DNA from: an uncultured Clostridiaceae bacterium
GTDB taxonomy: Bacteria > Bacillota > Clostridia > TANB77 > CAG-508
Reading direction: 5' to 3'
Length of the DNA stretch: 62,180 nucleotides
NCBI GenBank assembly: GCA_949902805.1
Contig: CATLDI010000002.1
Coordinates: 1 to 62,180 of the forward strand
The notes under the pieces were generated by a model, which saw only the letters and a program-made list of their open reading frames with translations, ran no database searches and was not told the origin of the DNA. The translations under genes and the position numbers were made by a program. Below are positions 1 through 8,541 of the stretch, piece by piece; position 1 is the stretch's first letter; every line of letters begins with the position of its first letter.

Positions 1-513
1 TTCTTCTACATAATTATCAGTTTGAAATATATCTTTTATTGTTTCTACATCTATTATTTTGTTTTTTTCTTTATTAGTAAATTGATTATAACTAGAATAT
101 TTATATTCACTCACATCTTTTACTATATTTGCTTTTACTGGATTCATGTGAATATAGTTTATACATTTTTTAAGATAATTTATGTCTGTAATATATTGAC
201 TTTGAAATCTATTTCGATAGACAAATCCAACTCTTTTATTTGTTTTATTATAATATATACTATATCCTCCATTTAGTCTTTTCATATATTGCGATATTTC
301 ATTTATATCATTACAATGTAATATCATATGAGAATGATTGTCCATCATACAATATGATATTATTTTTACTTTTTTCTTTTCATTATACTTTTGCATTAAT
401 TTTATATATTCATTTTTTTGGTGATTTTCATTAAAGATATATTCTTTATTAATTCCTTGAACCATAATATGAAAAAATCCATTCTTGTTAATATTTCTTG
501 CTTTTCTTGGCAT
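1..513 (-). CDS. IS200/IS605-family Y1 (HUH) tyrosine transposase, RAYT-like; C-terminus runs off the left window edge
   Basis: Absent from the ORF track because there is no stop in the window. Reverse translation from the ATG at 511-513 gives MPRKARNINKNGFFHIMVQGINKEYIF...YCMMDNHSHMILH (HUH motif)...CINYIHMNPVKANIV (catalytic Tyr region). Open for 171 codons down to position 1. Confidence 0.8.
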   Translation of the reverse strand, partial: MPRKARNINKNGFFHIMVQGINKEYIFNENHQKNEYIKLMQKYNEKKKVKIISYCMMDNHSHMILHCNDINEISQYMKRLNGGYSIYYNKTNKRVGFVYRNRFQSQYITDINYLKKCINYIHMNPVKANIVKDVSEYKYSSYNQFTNKEKNKIIDVETIKDIFQTDNYVEE

Positions 514-634
514 AAGCTGTCTCCTTTTTGAATTAAATTATATTAGTATTATAATATGTAAACCATATTTTTTCAAGCTAAAATTATTGACAGAATTCGA
601 GAAAATAATGGAAAAAACTTAAAATTTGAAAAGA

Positions 635-665
635 GGAAAGATTTGGACGCGTCCCAAATCTTTCC
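635..665. repeat. 31-bp palindrome GGAAAGATTTGGACGCGTCCCAAATCTTTCC (family B, copy 1); likely terminator of the radical SAM gene
   Basis: Identical 31-mer recurs at 5316-5346. An extended version forms the 46-bp IR at 54821-54946. Confidence 0.85.
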
Positions 666-671
666 CTATCC

Positions 672-1556
672 CTATATAAAGGCTAATTGCTCTTCTTGTT
701 TAATTTCTTTTTTATATGCTTTTACTATATCATCCATTTTATAAAGTAGTTCATATTTCTCACATTCTTCTTTAAATATTTTTCCCAAGTTTGTATTTAA
801 TGGATAGCAAAAATAGTTATTTCCATAAGTTCTAATATACTTTTCTTTTAGTTTAGGAAAAGTTTTATCTAATTGCTCAAAAAAGTATTCTCTCTGATTT
901 TCCCTTAAAGTAACTCCTCCCATTGAAAACACAAATTTTGCTCCATTTTCATAAGATAATTTTATTACATTTCTAATATTCTCCTCTGAATCTGTTATAA
1001 ATGGGATAATTGGTGTTAATAATGTTCCAACAAATAATCCTTCTTTTGATAATTGTTTCATTGCTTTTAGTCTTTCTGAAGAAACACATACTCCTGGTTC
1101 TATTTTTTTTGACAAATTATCATCTGCTGATGTAATTGTAAATTTAAGTATTACATCTGCTTTTTTGTTTATTTCCTTAAATATGTCTATATCTCTAACT
1201 ATTAAATTGCTTTTTGTCTCGATTGATACTCCAAAATTGTAATAGGAAATCAATTCTAATGCTTTCCTTGTTATTTCATATTGTTTTTCAAAAGGATTAT
1301 ATGTATCTGACATTGCTCCTATTCCTATTACTCCTTTTTTTCTTTTTGATTTTAGTTCTTGATTTAATATTTCTATTTCATCTTTTTTGGCTCTAACTCT
1401 ATCGAAATCCTCTACTTGATAACAATTACTTCTACTATCACAATAAATACATTTATGGCAGCAACCTTTATATAGATTCATATTATAGTCGATTCCAAAC
1501 CATTCTTCACCATGTGCTGCTTTTTGAAGTATCGTCTTCGCTTCTATAAATTCCAT
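672..1556 (-). CDS. radical SAM protein, SPL/DNA-photolyase-like (COG1533-type)
   Basis: CX3CX2C cluster in LYKGCCHKCIYCDSR near the N-terminus. Length and N-terminal pattern are typical of SPL-family radical SAM proteins. Confidence 0.75.
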   Translation of the reverse strand: MEFIEAKTILQKAAHGEEWFGIDYNMNLYKGCCHKCIYCDSRSNCYQVEDFDRVRAKKDEIEILNQELKSKRKKGVIGIGAMSDTYNPFEKQYEITRKALELISYYNFGVSIETKSNLIVRDIDIFKEINKKADVILKFTITSADDNLSKKIEPGVCVSSERLKAMKQLSKEGLFVGTLLTPIIPFITDSEENIRNVIKLSYENGAKFVFSMGGVTLRENQREYFFEQLDKTFPKLKEKYIRTYGNNYFCYPLNTNLGKIFKEECEKYELLYKMDDIVKAYKKEIKQEEQLAFI

Positions 1557-1558
1557 AA

Positions 1559-2197
1559 CTATTTCCTTTTTCTTACTGGATGTCTTATAACTGTTTTTAA
1601 TTTATTTACATCACATCTTCTTGGATCACTTAAATAAATTTCGTGATGAAAGCGATTATCAGTAATATCTAGTTCATATCCATTTTCTATCATATGTTCG
1701 TGCATTAGACTAATAGTTTTAGGCTCATCATCATAAGAGCCTATGTGCATACATTGAACACACATTCCTTCATCATAGGTTAAAAACTCTACTTTTGAAA
1801 AATCTTGTTTTTTCTTGTTTGTTGCCTCATTAACTGCCCAATCAAAATCTTTTTTTGTTACAAAGTCTGGTAGTCTAATAATTGAAATAAAATTGAATTT
1901 ATCTTTTTGCTTATAATCTATTCCATCTTTGTTACCTTCTTGCCACCAAAAACCTTCAAGCGGTGGAACAACATATTCAAAATAGCCGTCTATTTTATGT
2001 GTGCCTTTATAACTCATTTTGATAGTAAAAGCAATTGCATACAAAAGTCCTATGGAATCTTTATATTCACTATTTTCATCATTAGGGTTTCCTTTTCCTC
2101 TAACTGCAATATAATTCATTTTAGGAATTTTTATAATGCTGGGTTTATTCTTTGGCATATAAAATTCCTTATATTCTTTTTTATAATCAAAAGCCAT
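1559..2197 (-). CDS. GyrI-like small-molecule-binding domain protein
   Basis: MAFDYKKEYKEFYMPKNKPSIIKIPKMNYIAVRGKGNPN...VVPPLEGFWWQ...HHEIYLSDPRR is the characteristic GyrI-like family pattern. Confidence 0.7.
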   Translation of the reverse strand: MAFDYKKEYKEFYMPKNKPSIIKIPKMNYIAVRGKGNPNDENSEYKDSIGLLYAIAFTIKMSYKGTHKIDGYFEYVVPPLEGFWWQEGNKDGIDYKQKDKFNFISIIRLPDFVTKKDFDWAVNEATNKKKQDFSKVEFLTYDEGMCVQCMHIGSYDDEPKTISLMHEHMIENGYELDITDNRFHHEIYLSDPRRCDVNKLKTVIRHPVRKRK

Positions 2198-2218
2198 TTG
2201 TCTCTCTATCCTTTCCCA

Positions 2219-2683
2219 TTAATCTTCTAATGCAATATAAATATGAATTTCTTGTTTCTGCATATCTTCAGAATTATTTTGATATTCTTCAAAATCACAA
2301 GTATATTTTCTTTTCAAATCCATATTCCATATTTCTTGCCAAGCCTGTCCTACTGAATTTTGTACATCTCCTGTTATTATAAATTTAGCATACTTCCCTT
2401 TTGGAATAATAATACTTTCTAGCTCTTCGCCCATTTGTACTGACTTACTAACTTCTGCTCCTGCAATAAATGTATAAGGTTTTGTATAATCTCCCTCATA
2501 TTCTGTATATAGTCCTATTGTTTTACTATTTACCTTATTGGGAATCTTCTCATAAGTTCCATTTGCAAATAATTTCTGCCAAGTTATTCCTATATCTTGC
2601 ACAGCCTTTCCATCTTTGTTAGTTGTTCTTATTTTAATTCCTTGGGCAACCTTTTCCTCTAATTCTACAATTTCATATTTCAT
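2219..2683 (-). CDS. GyrI-like / AraC-type effector-binding domain protein
   Basis: 154 aa. The pattern MKYEIVELEEKVAQGIKIRTTN...WQKLF...IGLYTEYEGDY is typical of stand-alone effector-binding (Cass2-like) proteins. Confidence 0.65.
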   Translation of the reverse strand: MKYEIVELEEKVAQGIKIRTTNKDGKAVQDIGITWQKLFANGTYEKIPNKVNSKTIGLYTEYEGDYTKPYTFIAGAEVSKSVQMGEELESIIIPKGKYAKFIITGDVQNSVGQAWQEIWNMDLKRKYTCDFEEYQNNSEDMQKQEIHIYIALED

Positions 2684-2741
2684 AATTTATACCTCCTATA
2701 TGTGAAGTATATAATATTTAACTTGACAACTGTATGTCATA

Positions 2742-3641
2742 TTATAAATAATTTTTTAAAGTTTTTTCTAATTTATCTCTTATAATACTTTTTACTCTAT
2801 TTGGTGCTATGACTTTTATATATTCTCCAAAAGATAAAATATATCCATATACCCATTCATTCTCTGGATATTCTACTTTTACAATAAAGTCTCCATTTTC
2901 TTTTTTAGATATTTCGCTATTTTCAAATTCATCATATACTCTATAAGCCATTTGTTTACTTATTTCCAGTTCAAGTGATATACTTTTAAAATTACATTTT
3001 TCTTCTTTTTGTTCTTTTGGTAGTTCTCTTTCAAAATGTTCTTGTAATATCTTAATTTCTTTTATTCTAGCAATTTTGAATATTCTGTAATCTTCTTTTA
3101 GTTTGCAATAACTTATTAAATACCATGATTTATCTTTAAACCATATCTGCAATGGCTCAACAATTCTTTTGCTTTCTTCCCCATTTGAATTATAATATAT
3201 AAATTCAATTAGTTTCTTGCTTAAAATTGCAGATTTAATAATATCAAATCTATTCTCTTGCGAATGGCTTTTACTCCAGTTAGATAAATCTATTTTGATC
3301 CAATCATTTACTTTTTTATTAAATAATATACTTAACTTCTCTAAAATATCTTTTTCATCTTGTCCTCTTACTTGTATCATTCCCTGCAAAGCAAACAGAA
3401 TTTGATTTTGTTCTTCTTCAGAAAGTATTGTTTTATTTAGGACATACTCTTCTAAAAGTCCTATCCCTCCATCTTTACCTTTAGCCATATAAATTGGTAT
3501 ATTTGCTCTACTTAGTACTTCTATATCTCTATATATAGTTCTTGTAGATACTTCAAATTTATCTGCTAGTTCTTTTGCTGTAACTTTTTTCTTTTGCATC
3601 AGTATATACACTATTTCAAATAATCTATTATTTACTTTCAT
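2742..3641 (-). CDS. YafY-family HTH + WYL domain transcriptional regulator
   Basis: N-terminal HTH VTAKELADKFEVSTRTIYRDIEVL. WYL-type C-terminal half (KSWYLISYC). Start moved to the ATG at 3641, which is preceded by AGGAGG. Confidence 0.8.
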   Translation of the reverse strand: MKVNNRLFEIVYILMQKKKVTAKELADKFEVSTRTIYRDIEVLSRANIPIYMAKGKDGGIGLLEEYVLNKTILSEEEQNQILFALQGMIQVRGQDEKDILEKLSILFNKKVNDWIKIDLSNWSKSHSQENRFDIIKSAILSKKLIEFIYYNSNGEESKRIVEPLQIWFKDKSWYLISYCKLKEDYRIFKIARIKEIKILQEHFERELPKEQKEEKCNFKSISLELEISKQMAYRVYDEFENSEISKKENGDFIVKVEYPENEWVYGYILSFGEYIKVIAPNRVKSIIRDKLEKTLKNYL

Positions 3642-3876
3642 ATTTTCCTCCTGCAAGTATTATATCATATAAATATGACATTTGTCTGTCATATCTAATC
3701 ATGAATGGAACTTTATTTTTAAGTTCCATTCATTTATAATATTTATTATAAAAATCATAATCTATTTTTCATCAAGTTTCTTGTTAATTAATTTTATATA
3801 TCCTAAGCTTCTATATTGTGCCATAGTATTATCAGTTTCAGCAATTAAAAGGATTTAAGAAAAATTTCATACCCCC

Positions 3877-3905
3877 TTGCAAAACTATAAAAATTGTGTT
3901 ATAAT
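3877..3905 (+). promoter_or_regulatory. sigma-A-type promoter for the MFS leader
   Basis: TTGCAA (3877-3882), 17-nt spacer ending in an extended TGT, then TATAAT (3900-3905). Confidence 0.6.
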
Positions 3906-4055
3906 CTATATTATGTTAAGAGTGCGTATAAGCTTAAAACTAAGTGAGCTACGCAGCCAATTGCAAAAGTTGGTACACTTTGAGGTTAAACTCATAAAAG
4001 GAGTCTTAAAAGATTTCTTTTATGAGTTTTTTGTGTTTGAAAAGGAGGAACCTAA
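3906..4055 (+). promoter_or_regulatory. structured 5' leader with intrinsic terminator (3991-4032); candidate riboswitch/attenuator of unknown class
   Basis: Hairpins GTGCGTA..TACGCA and CCAATTGCAAAAGTTGG. Terminator CTCATAAAAG..CTTTTATGAG plus a T6 tract lies directly before the SD GGAGG of the MFS gene. CTTTGAG could pair alternatively with the 5' terminator arm. Confidence 0.5.
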
Positions 4056-5258
4056 ATGAAGCAAAAAGACAATTACAAGAGAAATTTAAACTTAATAATG
4101 ATTGAAACAATATTAACATCAATAGGTGCTGGTTTTTCCGTTCCAATTATAAGTATATTTTGGAACTCAATTGGAATGAATCAAACTGATATAGGTTTTA
4201 CCCAAATGATGTTTACAGTAGTTGTAGTTTTATTAGATATTCCTATGGGATATTTAGCTGATAGGTTTAATAGAAAATTATTAAATATTATAGGAGATAT
4301 TGGAGTTGCCTTAACTTTTATATTTTATGCATTTTCTAAAAATATGTATATGGCAATACTTGCTGAGTGTTTACTTGGGCTATGTACGTCAATGACAAAT
4401 GGCGTTGATCAAGCTTTTATAAAGTATAATGCTGATAAAATTGATGCATCTGGAAAATTATTTAAAAAATTAAATTCTAAAATATATACATATAGATATA
4501 TTGCTATGTTTGCAGTAATGTTAATAGGAGGATTTATAGCAAAATATAGTTTAAGGTTAACTGTAGGAATTTCTTTTTTACCATATTTTATTGGTGGAAT
4601 TGTAGCTTTCTTTATAAAAGATAATGCTAAAAAAATTAAAACAAAGCATAATAATATTCTTAAAGATATGTACTTTAATGTTAAAGAAATTTTGAAAAAC
4701 AAAAAAGTACGAAATTATTTTTTAGCTTATGTAATAGGAAGTGAAATTACTCATCCTCAAATTTGGATTTTTACGCCTTTAATGATTATGGTAGGTGTTC
4801 CTATTGAAATAATAAGCTTAGGCTGGATATTTACACAGATATTTCAAATAATAGGTGCTAAAGTAGCGGAAAAACTAGTAGAAATCAAAACATCTGTAAA
4901 ATTTATTGCTATAATAGCTATTTCAATTTTATGGATGAGTGTATTGATAGTTAATACTAACATATTTACAATATGGGTATTTCTATTAAATGGTTTAGTA
5001 CGAGGATTATTTGCTGGAAGTTTAGTTACACCGCTTCAAGAAAATACAAAAGAAGAACATCAAACAAGTGTAATATCTATCGCATCAACTGGTGCAAAGA
5101 TATTATATATTCCATTAGTATACATTATTAATTACTTAGGAAATATTAAATTACAATTGGCATTAGTAGGAATGGTTGCTATATTTTTACCTATTTCATT
5201 ATATACTTATAGTAGGCTTAGAAATGGTGAAAATATTGGTAATGTGCCTACTAAATAA
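4056..5258 (+). CDS. MFS transporter
   Basis: 400 aa, about 12 hydrophobic segments, and an MFS-like DRFNRK loop after TM2. Confidence 0.75.
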   Translation: MKQKDNYKRNLNLIMIETILTSIGAGFSVPIISIFWNSIGMNQTDIGFTQMMFTVVVVLLDIPMGYLADRFNRKLLNIIGDIGVALTFIFYAFSKNMYMAILAECLLGLCTSMTNGVDQAFIKYNADKIDASGKLFKKLNSKIYTYRYIAMFAVMLIGGFIAKYSLRLTVGISFLPYFIGGIVAFFIKDNAKKIKTKHNNILKDMYFNVKEILKNKKVRNYFLAYVIGSEITHPQIWIFTPLMIMVGVPIEIISLGWIFTQIFQIIGAKVAEKLVEIKTSVKFIAIIAISILWMSVLIVNTNIFTIWVFLLNGLVRGLFAGSLVTPLQENTKEEHQTSVISIASTGAKILYIPLVYIINYLGNIKLQLALVGMVAIFLPISLYTYSRLRNGENIGNVPTK

Positions 5259-5261
5259 TAA

Positions 5262-5308
5262 AAACAAACTGAACTGCAAAATATACATTTTGTAGTTCAG
5301 TTTGTTTT
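5262..5308. terminator. bidirectional intrinsic terminator hairpin between convergent genes
   Basis: AAACAAACTGAACTGCAAAA / TTTTGTAGTTCAGTTTGTTT 20-bp stem flanked by A and T runs. Confidence 0.7.
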
Positions 5309-5315
5309 TATTATA

Positions 5316-5346
5316 GGAAAGATTTGGACGCGTCCCAAATCTTTCC
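5316..5346. repeat. 31-bp palindrome, family B copy 2 (identical to 635-665)
   Basis: Exact sequence identity seen by eye. Confidence 0.85.
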
Positions 5347-5350
5347 TGTT

Positions 5351-6115
5351 TTAACAATTTAATATTTGATTTTTCTTTTTTTCTTCTGGTTTTACTTCTA
5401 TATTTGTCATTTCTAATTTCTTTTGTTTTTTCTCTTCTTGCTTTCTTTTATATTCTTCATATTTATCTATTTTCTGTCTTTTTGTATTTCTATCCTGTTT
5501 TTCTTCTTCTTGTTCATCTTCTTTTATATATTCATTATTATAATGAGCTATATTATGAACTCCTTTTTTGTATATTCCTTCTATGTAATTTTTTGTTTTT
5601 TGATTGCTTAATTTTTCTTCTATGTAATATTCTTCTATCATCTTCCTATCTTTCTTTGAAAGTCTCTCTAGTGGGAAGTCTAAGTATTTGCATTTCCATA
5701 TTATATGTCTATCATAACTTGTATATTTTGAACCAATCAAGTCTTCATAACAATATTCTACATTAAACTTTAGGTTTTGTATTGTTATAGTTAAATTTGT
5801 CCACATTTTTTCTTCTTCGCTCTCTTTAAAGACTTCTCTTAATTCACTTATTATTTCATATAGTTTATCTACTAACTTCATATATTCTTTTTCATCTATA
5901 TTGAATTTATTTGGTATTTCATATACATTTATAGGATTTTTCTTAAGCAAGCCTGTTGGATAATAGTAAAAAAACATTTCTCCTGTTTGCAAGTTGTTTA
6001 CTTGCTCCATTATTGATGCATATAGACATATTTTTTCCCATTTCTCTGGTATCATATAGAATAGTTGCTTTTGTATTTTTGAATATATTGCTCTTAGTTT
6101 GTTGGTACTAAGCAT
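5351..6115 (-). CDS. YezG-like (DUF600) immunity protein with Lys/Glu-rich C-terminal extension
   Basis: N-terminal LRAIYSKIQKQLFYMIPEKWEKICLYASI...FFYYYP...IPNKF...LYEIISELREVFKESEEEKMWTNLT matches the YezG/DUF600 pattern of LXG-toxin immunity proteins. Confidence 0.6.
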   Translation of the reverse strand: MLSTNKLRAIYSKIQKQLFYMIPEKWEKICLYASIMEQVNNLQTGEMFFYYYPTGLLKKNPINVYEIPNKFNIDEKEYMKLVDKLYEIISELREVFKESEEEKMWTNLTITIQNLKFNVEYCYEDLIGSKYTSYDRHIIWKCKYLDFPLERLSKKDRKMIEEYYIEEKLSNQKTKNYIEGIYKKGVHNIAHYNNEYIKEDEQEEEKQDRNTKRQKIDKYEEYKRKQEEKKQKKLEMTNIEVKPEEKKKNQILNC

Positions 6116-6174
6116 TCCTTATTTTCTCCTTTATAAAAATAATATTTAATTTAAATCATTTTTTATATTAGTTT

Positions 6175-6428
6175 GTAGGGGCAGCTAGTAGCTGTCCGTT
6201 CTTCGAAGAAATTACCAAAATTTATGTTTATATTAGTATGTCTCTGAAGCTCGGACGACTACTAGTCGCCCCTACATCTATTTTTAATTTTGCGTTATTT
6301 TTTTGCTATTAGTATTATGTTCAAAGAAGTATTCTCGCAAACAGTGCCCCTACGCCAAATCTATAATTTGTATTCTTCACTTGAGCAATTTCTTCGAAGA
6401 GCGAGTTACCAATGGCAACGACCCCTAC
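6175..6428. repeat. mosaic of GTAG/CTAC-bounded palindromic (REP-like, family A) elements
   Basis: GTAGGGGCAGCTAGTAGCTGTCCG...CGGACGACTACTAGTCGCCCCTAC (6175-6275), plus two further CCCCTAC ends at 6347-6353 and 6422-6428. Embedded TTCTTCGAAGAA palindromes. Confidence 0.75.
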
Positions 6429-6433
6429 AATTA

Positions 6434-6457
6434 TAATTATTCACTCTTCACTATTCA
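6434..6457. repeat. 24-nt 3'-end motif TAATTATTCACTCTTCACTATTCA (family G), overlaps the gpmI stop
   Basis: Exact copy at 11288-11311 downstream of gap. Relatives at 37241-37262 and 39001-39037. Confidence 0.7.
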
Positions 6458-7986
6458 CTAACTATTATGCTTTCTCCTGTCATTTCTTGTGGTTTTTCTA
6501 GTCCCATTATTTCAAGCATTGTTGGTGCTAAATCGGCTAGTTTTCCTTCTTTTAGTTTTGCATTTTCCATACCTACTAAAATAAGTGGTACTGGGTTTGT
6601 TGTGTGAGCTGTATGTGGTTCTCCTGTTTTGTAGTCTACCATTTGTTCTGCATTTCCGTGGTCTGCTGTTATTAGTAGTACCCCTTGTGTATTTTCGACT
6701 GCTTCTACTACCCTTCCTACACACTCATCTACAGTTTCTATTGCTTTTATTGCTGCTTCTAGGCTTCCTGTATGACCTACCATGTCTGGGTTTGCATAGT
6801 TTAGTATTATGCAGTCATATTTTTTAGAGTTTATAGCTTCTAATACTTTCTCGGTTACTTCAGGCGCACTCATTTCTGGTTGTAAATCATAAGTTTCTAC
6901 TTTTGGTGAAGGTACTAATATTCTGTCTTCTCCTTCATATTGTTTTTCTTCTCCACCATTAAAGAAGAATGTTACATGTGCATATTTTTCTGTTTCTGCT
7001 ATTCTTAGTTGTGCTAAACCTTGTTTTGATATATATTCTCCAAATGTATTTTTTAATTCTTCTTTTTTGAAGGCTATGTGTACATTTGGCATTGTTTCAT
7101 CATAGCTTGTCATACATACGTAGTATAAATCTAAGTCTTTTCTCGTTTCAAATTCATTAAATTCTTTATCTACTAATGTTCTTGTTATTTCTCTTGCTCT
7201 ATCTGGTCTAAAGTTGAAGAATATAACTGAGTCGTGTTTTCCTATTGTCGCTACTGGTTCTTCTCCATTTGTAATAACTGTTGGAATTATAAATTCATCA
7301 AATATTTCTTTTTGGTATGAATCTTCTACTGCTGATACGCTTGACACCGCCTTTTCTCCTTCACCTTCTACTAATGCTTTGTATGCTTTTTCTATTCTTT
7401 CCCATCTTTTATCTCTATCCATTGCGTAAAATCTTCCTGATATACTTGCTATTTTTCCAACGCCTTTTTCTTTCATTTTTTCTTCTAATTCTGATACATA
7501 GCTTTCTCCTGATGCTGGTGGAGTATCTCTTCCATCCATAAAGCAATGTACATATACATCTTCAAAATCTTTTCTTTTAGCAAGTTCTAGTAGTCCAAAT
7601 ATATGGCGAATATGACTATGAACACCTCCATCAGATACTAACCCCATTATATGAAGCTTTGAATCATATTTTTTACAGTTTTCTATTGCTTTTATAAACT
7701 CTGAGTTACTGAAAAAGTCTCCATCTGCTATTGATTTCGTAATTCTTGTTAGCTCTTGGTAAACTATTCTTCCTGCTCCTATATTTGTATGACCTACTTC
7801 AGAGTTTCCCATTTGTCCATCTGGAAGACCTACATTTAAGCCACTTGTGTACATATTTGTTGTTGGGCATGTTTTCATTAGTCTATCTATATTTGGAGTG
7901 TTTGCAAGTTTTACAGCATTTGCATTTTCGTTTTCGTTTTCTCCAAAACCATCTAGTATCATTAGCATTGTTAATTTGTTTTTCAT
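6451..7986 (-). CDS. gpmI: 2,3-bisphosphoglycerate-independent phosphoglycerate mutase
   Basis: 511 aa. MILDGFG, GNSEVGH, ITADHGNAE and SMSAPEVT-like motifs. Follows tpiA as in clostridial glycolytic clusters. Confidence 0.95.
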   Translation of the reverse strand: MKNKLTMLMILDGFGENENENANAVKLANTPNIDRLMKTCPTTNMYTSGLNVGLPDGQMGNSEVGHTNIGAGRIVYQELTRITKSIADGDFFSNSEFIKAIENCKKYDSKLHIMGLVSDGGVHSHIRHIFGLLELAKRKDFEDVYVHCFMDGRDTPPASGESYVSELEEKMKEKGVGKIASISGRFYAMDRDKRWERIEKAYKALVEGEGEKAVSSVSAVEDSYQKEIFDEFIIPTVITNGEEPVATIGKHDSVIFFNFRPDRAREITRTLVDKEFNEFETRKDLDLYYVCMTSYDETMPNVHIAFKKEELKNTFGEYISKQGLAQLRIAETEKYAHVTFFFNGGEEKQYEGEDRILVPSPKVETYDLQPEMSAPEVTEKVLEAINSKKYDCIILNYANPDMVGHTGSLEAAIKAIETVDECVGRVVEAVENTQGVLLITADHGNAEQMVDYKTGEPHTAHTTNPVPLILVGMENAKLKEGKLADLAPTMLEIMGLEKPQEMTGESIIVSE

Positions 7987-8003
7987 TTTGTTTTTACCTC
8001 CTA

Positions 8004-8113
8004 ATTAGAAGTTAGAAGTTGGAGATTGGAAGTTAGAATTCAAAAATTTAAAGTTTTATATAAATTTTACATTCTTAACTTAACTTTGTCCTTTTCTACT
8101 TCTAATTTCTTAA
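8004..8113. repeat. inverted heptamer-array element (family D)
   Basis: Left arm is AGAAGTT AGAAGTT GGAGATT GGAAGTT AGAATTC. The right arm carries complementary CTTTTCT ACTTCTA ATTTCTT units. Confidence 0.6.
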
Positions 8114-8166
8114 TTGTTACATTTCTTATTATATACTTTTCTTTAGTATTCTTATTTCTATTATAG

Positions 8167-8379
8167 CTATAATTCTATTTCTGTTGCTTCTTTAGTTCTA
8201 AAGTTTTCTATGTTCTTTTTTATGCCATTTATTACTGGTGATATTTCGTTCAGATTGTTTAATTTATTATTTTCTATTATTGTTTCTTCCTTTTCATATT
8301 GCTTTTGCATTTCTTGTAGGTTTTGAACTCTTGTTATTCTTGCTATTCTTTGTCTAAAAGCTTTTTCTCGTTCTCCCAT
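8167..8379 (-). CDS. small hypothetical protein (70 aa) embedded between repeat elements
   Basis: ORF with upstream AAAGGAA SD-like sequence. No recognisable domain. Confidence 0.35.
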   Translation of the reverse strand: MGEREKAFRQRIARITRVQNLQEMQKQYEKEETIIENNKLNNLNEISPVINGIKKNIENFRTKEATEIEL

Positions 8380-8395
8380 TTTTTCGTTCCTTTCT

Positions 8396-8498
8396 GTGAG
8401 GACAATGGGACGGAGTTTTTGTCCCTAGTTGTTTAGAATTTTTTTAATTTAAAAGTCCCAAAAGACTAGGGACAAAAACTCCGTCCCATTGTCCTCAC
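8396..8498. repeat. 33-bp inverted repeat element (family C): GTGAGGACAATGGGACGGAGTTTTTGTCCCTAG ... CTAGGGACAAAAACTCCGTCCCATTGTCCTCAC
   Basis: Near-perfect IR with a 37-nt spacer. A second copy lies at 24951-25050, and a degenerate half-copy follows at 8499-8535. Confidence 0.8.
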
Positions 8499-8541
8499 CA
8501 TTGTCCTCAAAAAACTCCATCCTATTGTCTTCATTTCCTTA

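Noticed and set aside
635-6115. The left 6 kb as a prophage or integrative element.
   Set aside because: No integrase, recombinase, att-like direct repeats or phage structural genes. There is only a Y1 transposase fragment and palindromic terminator-like repeats.
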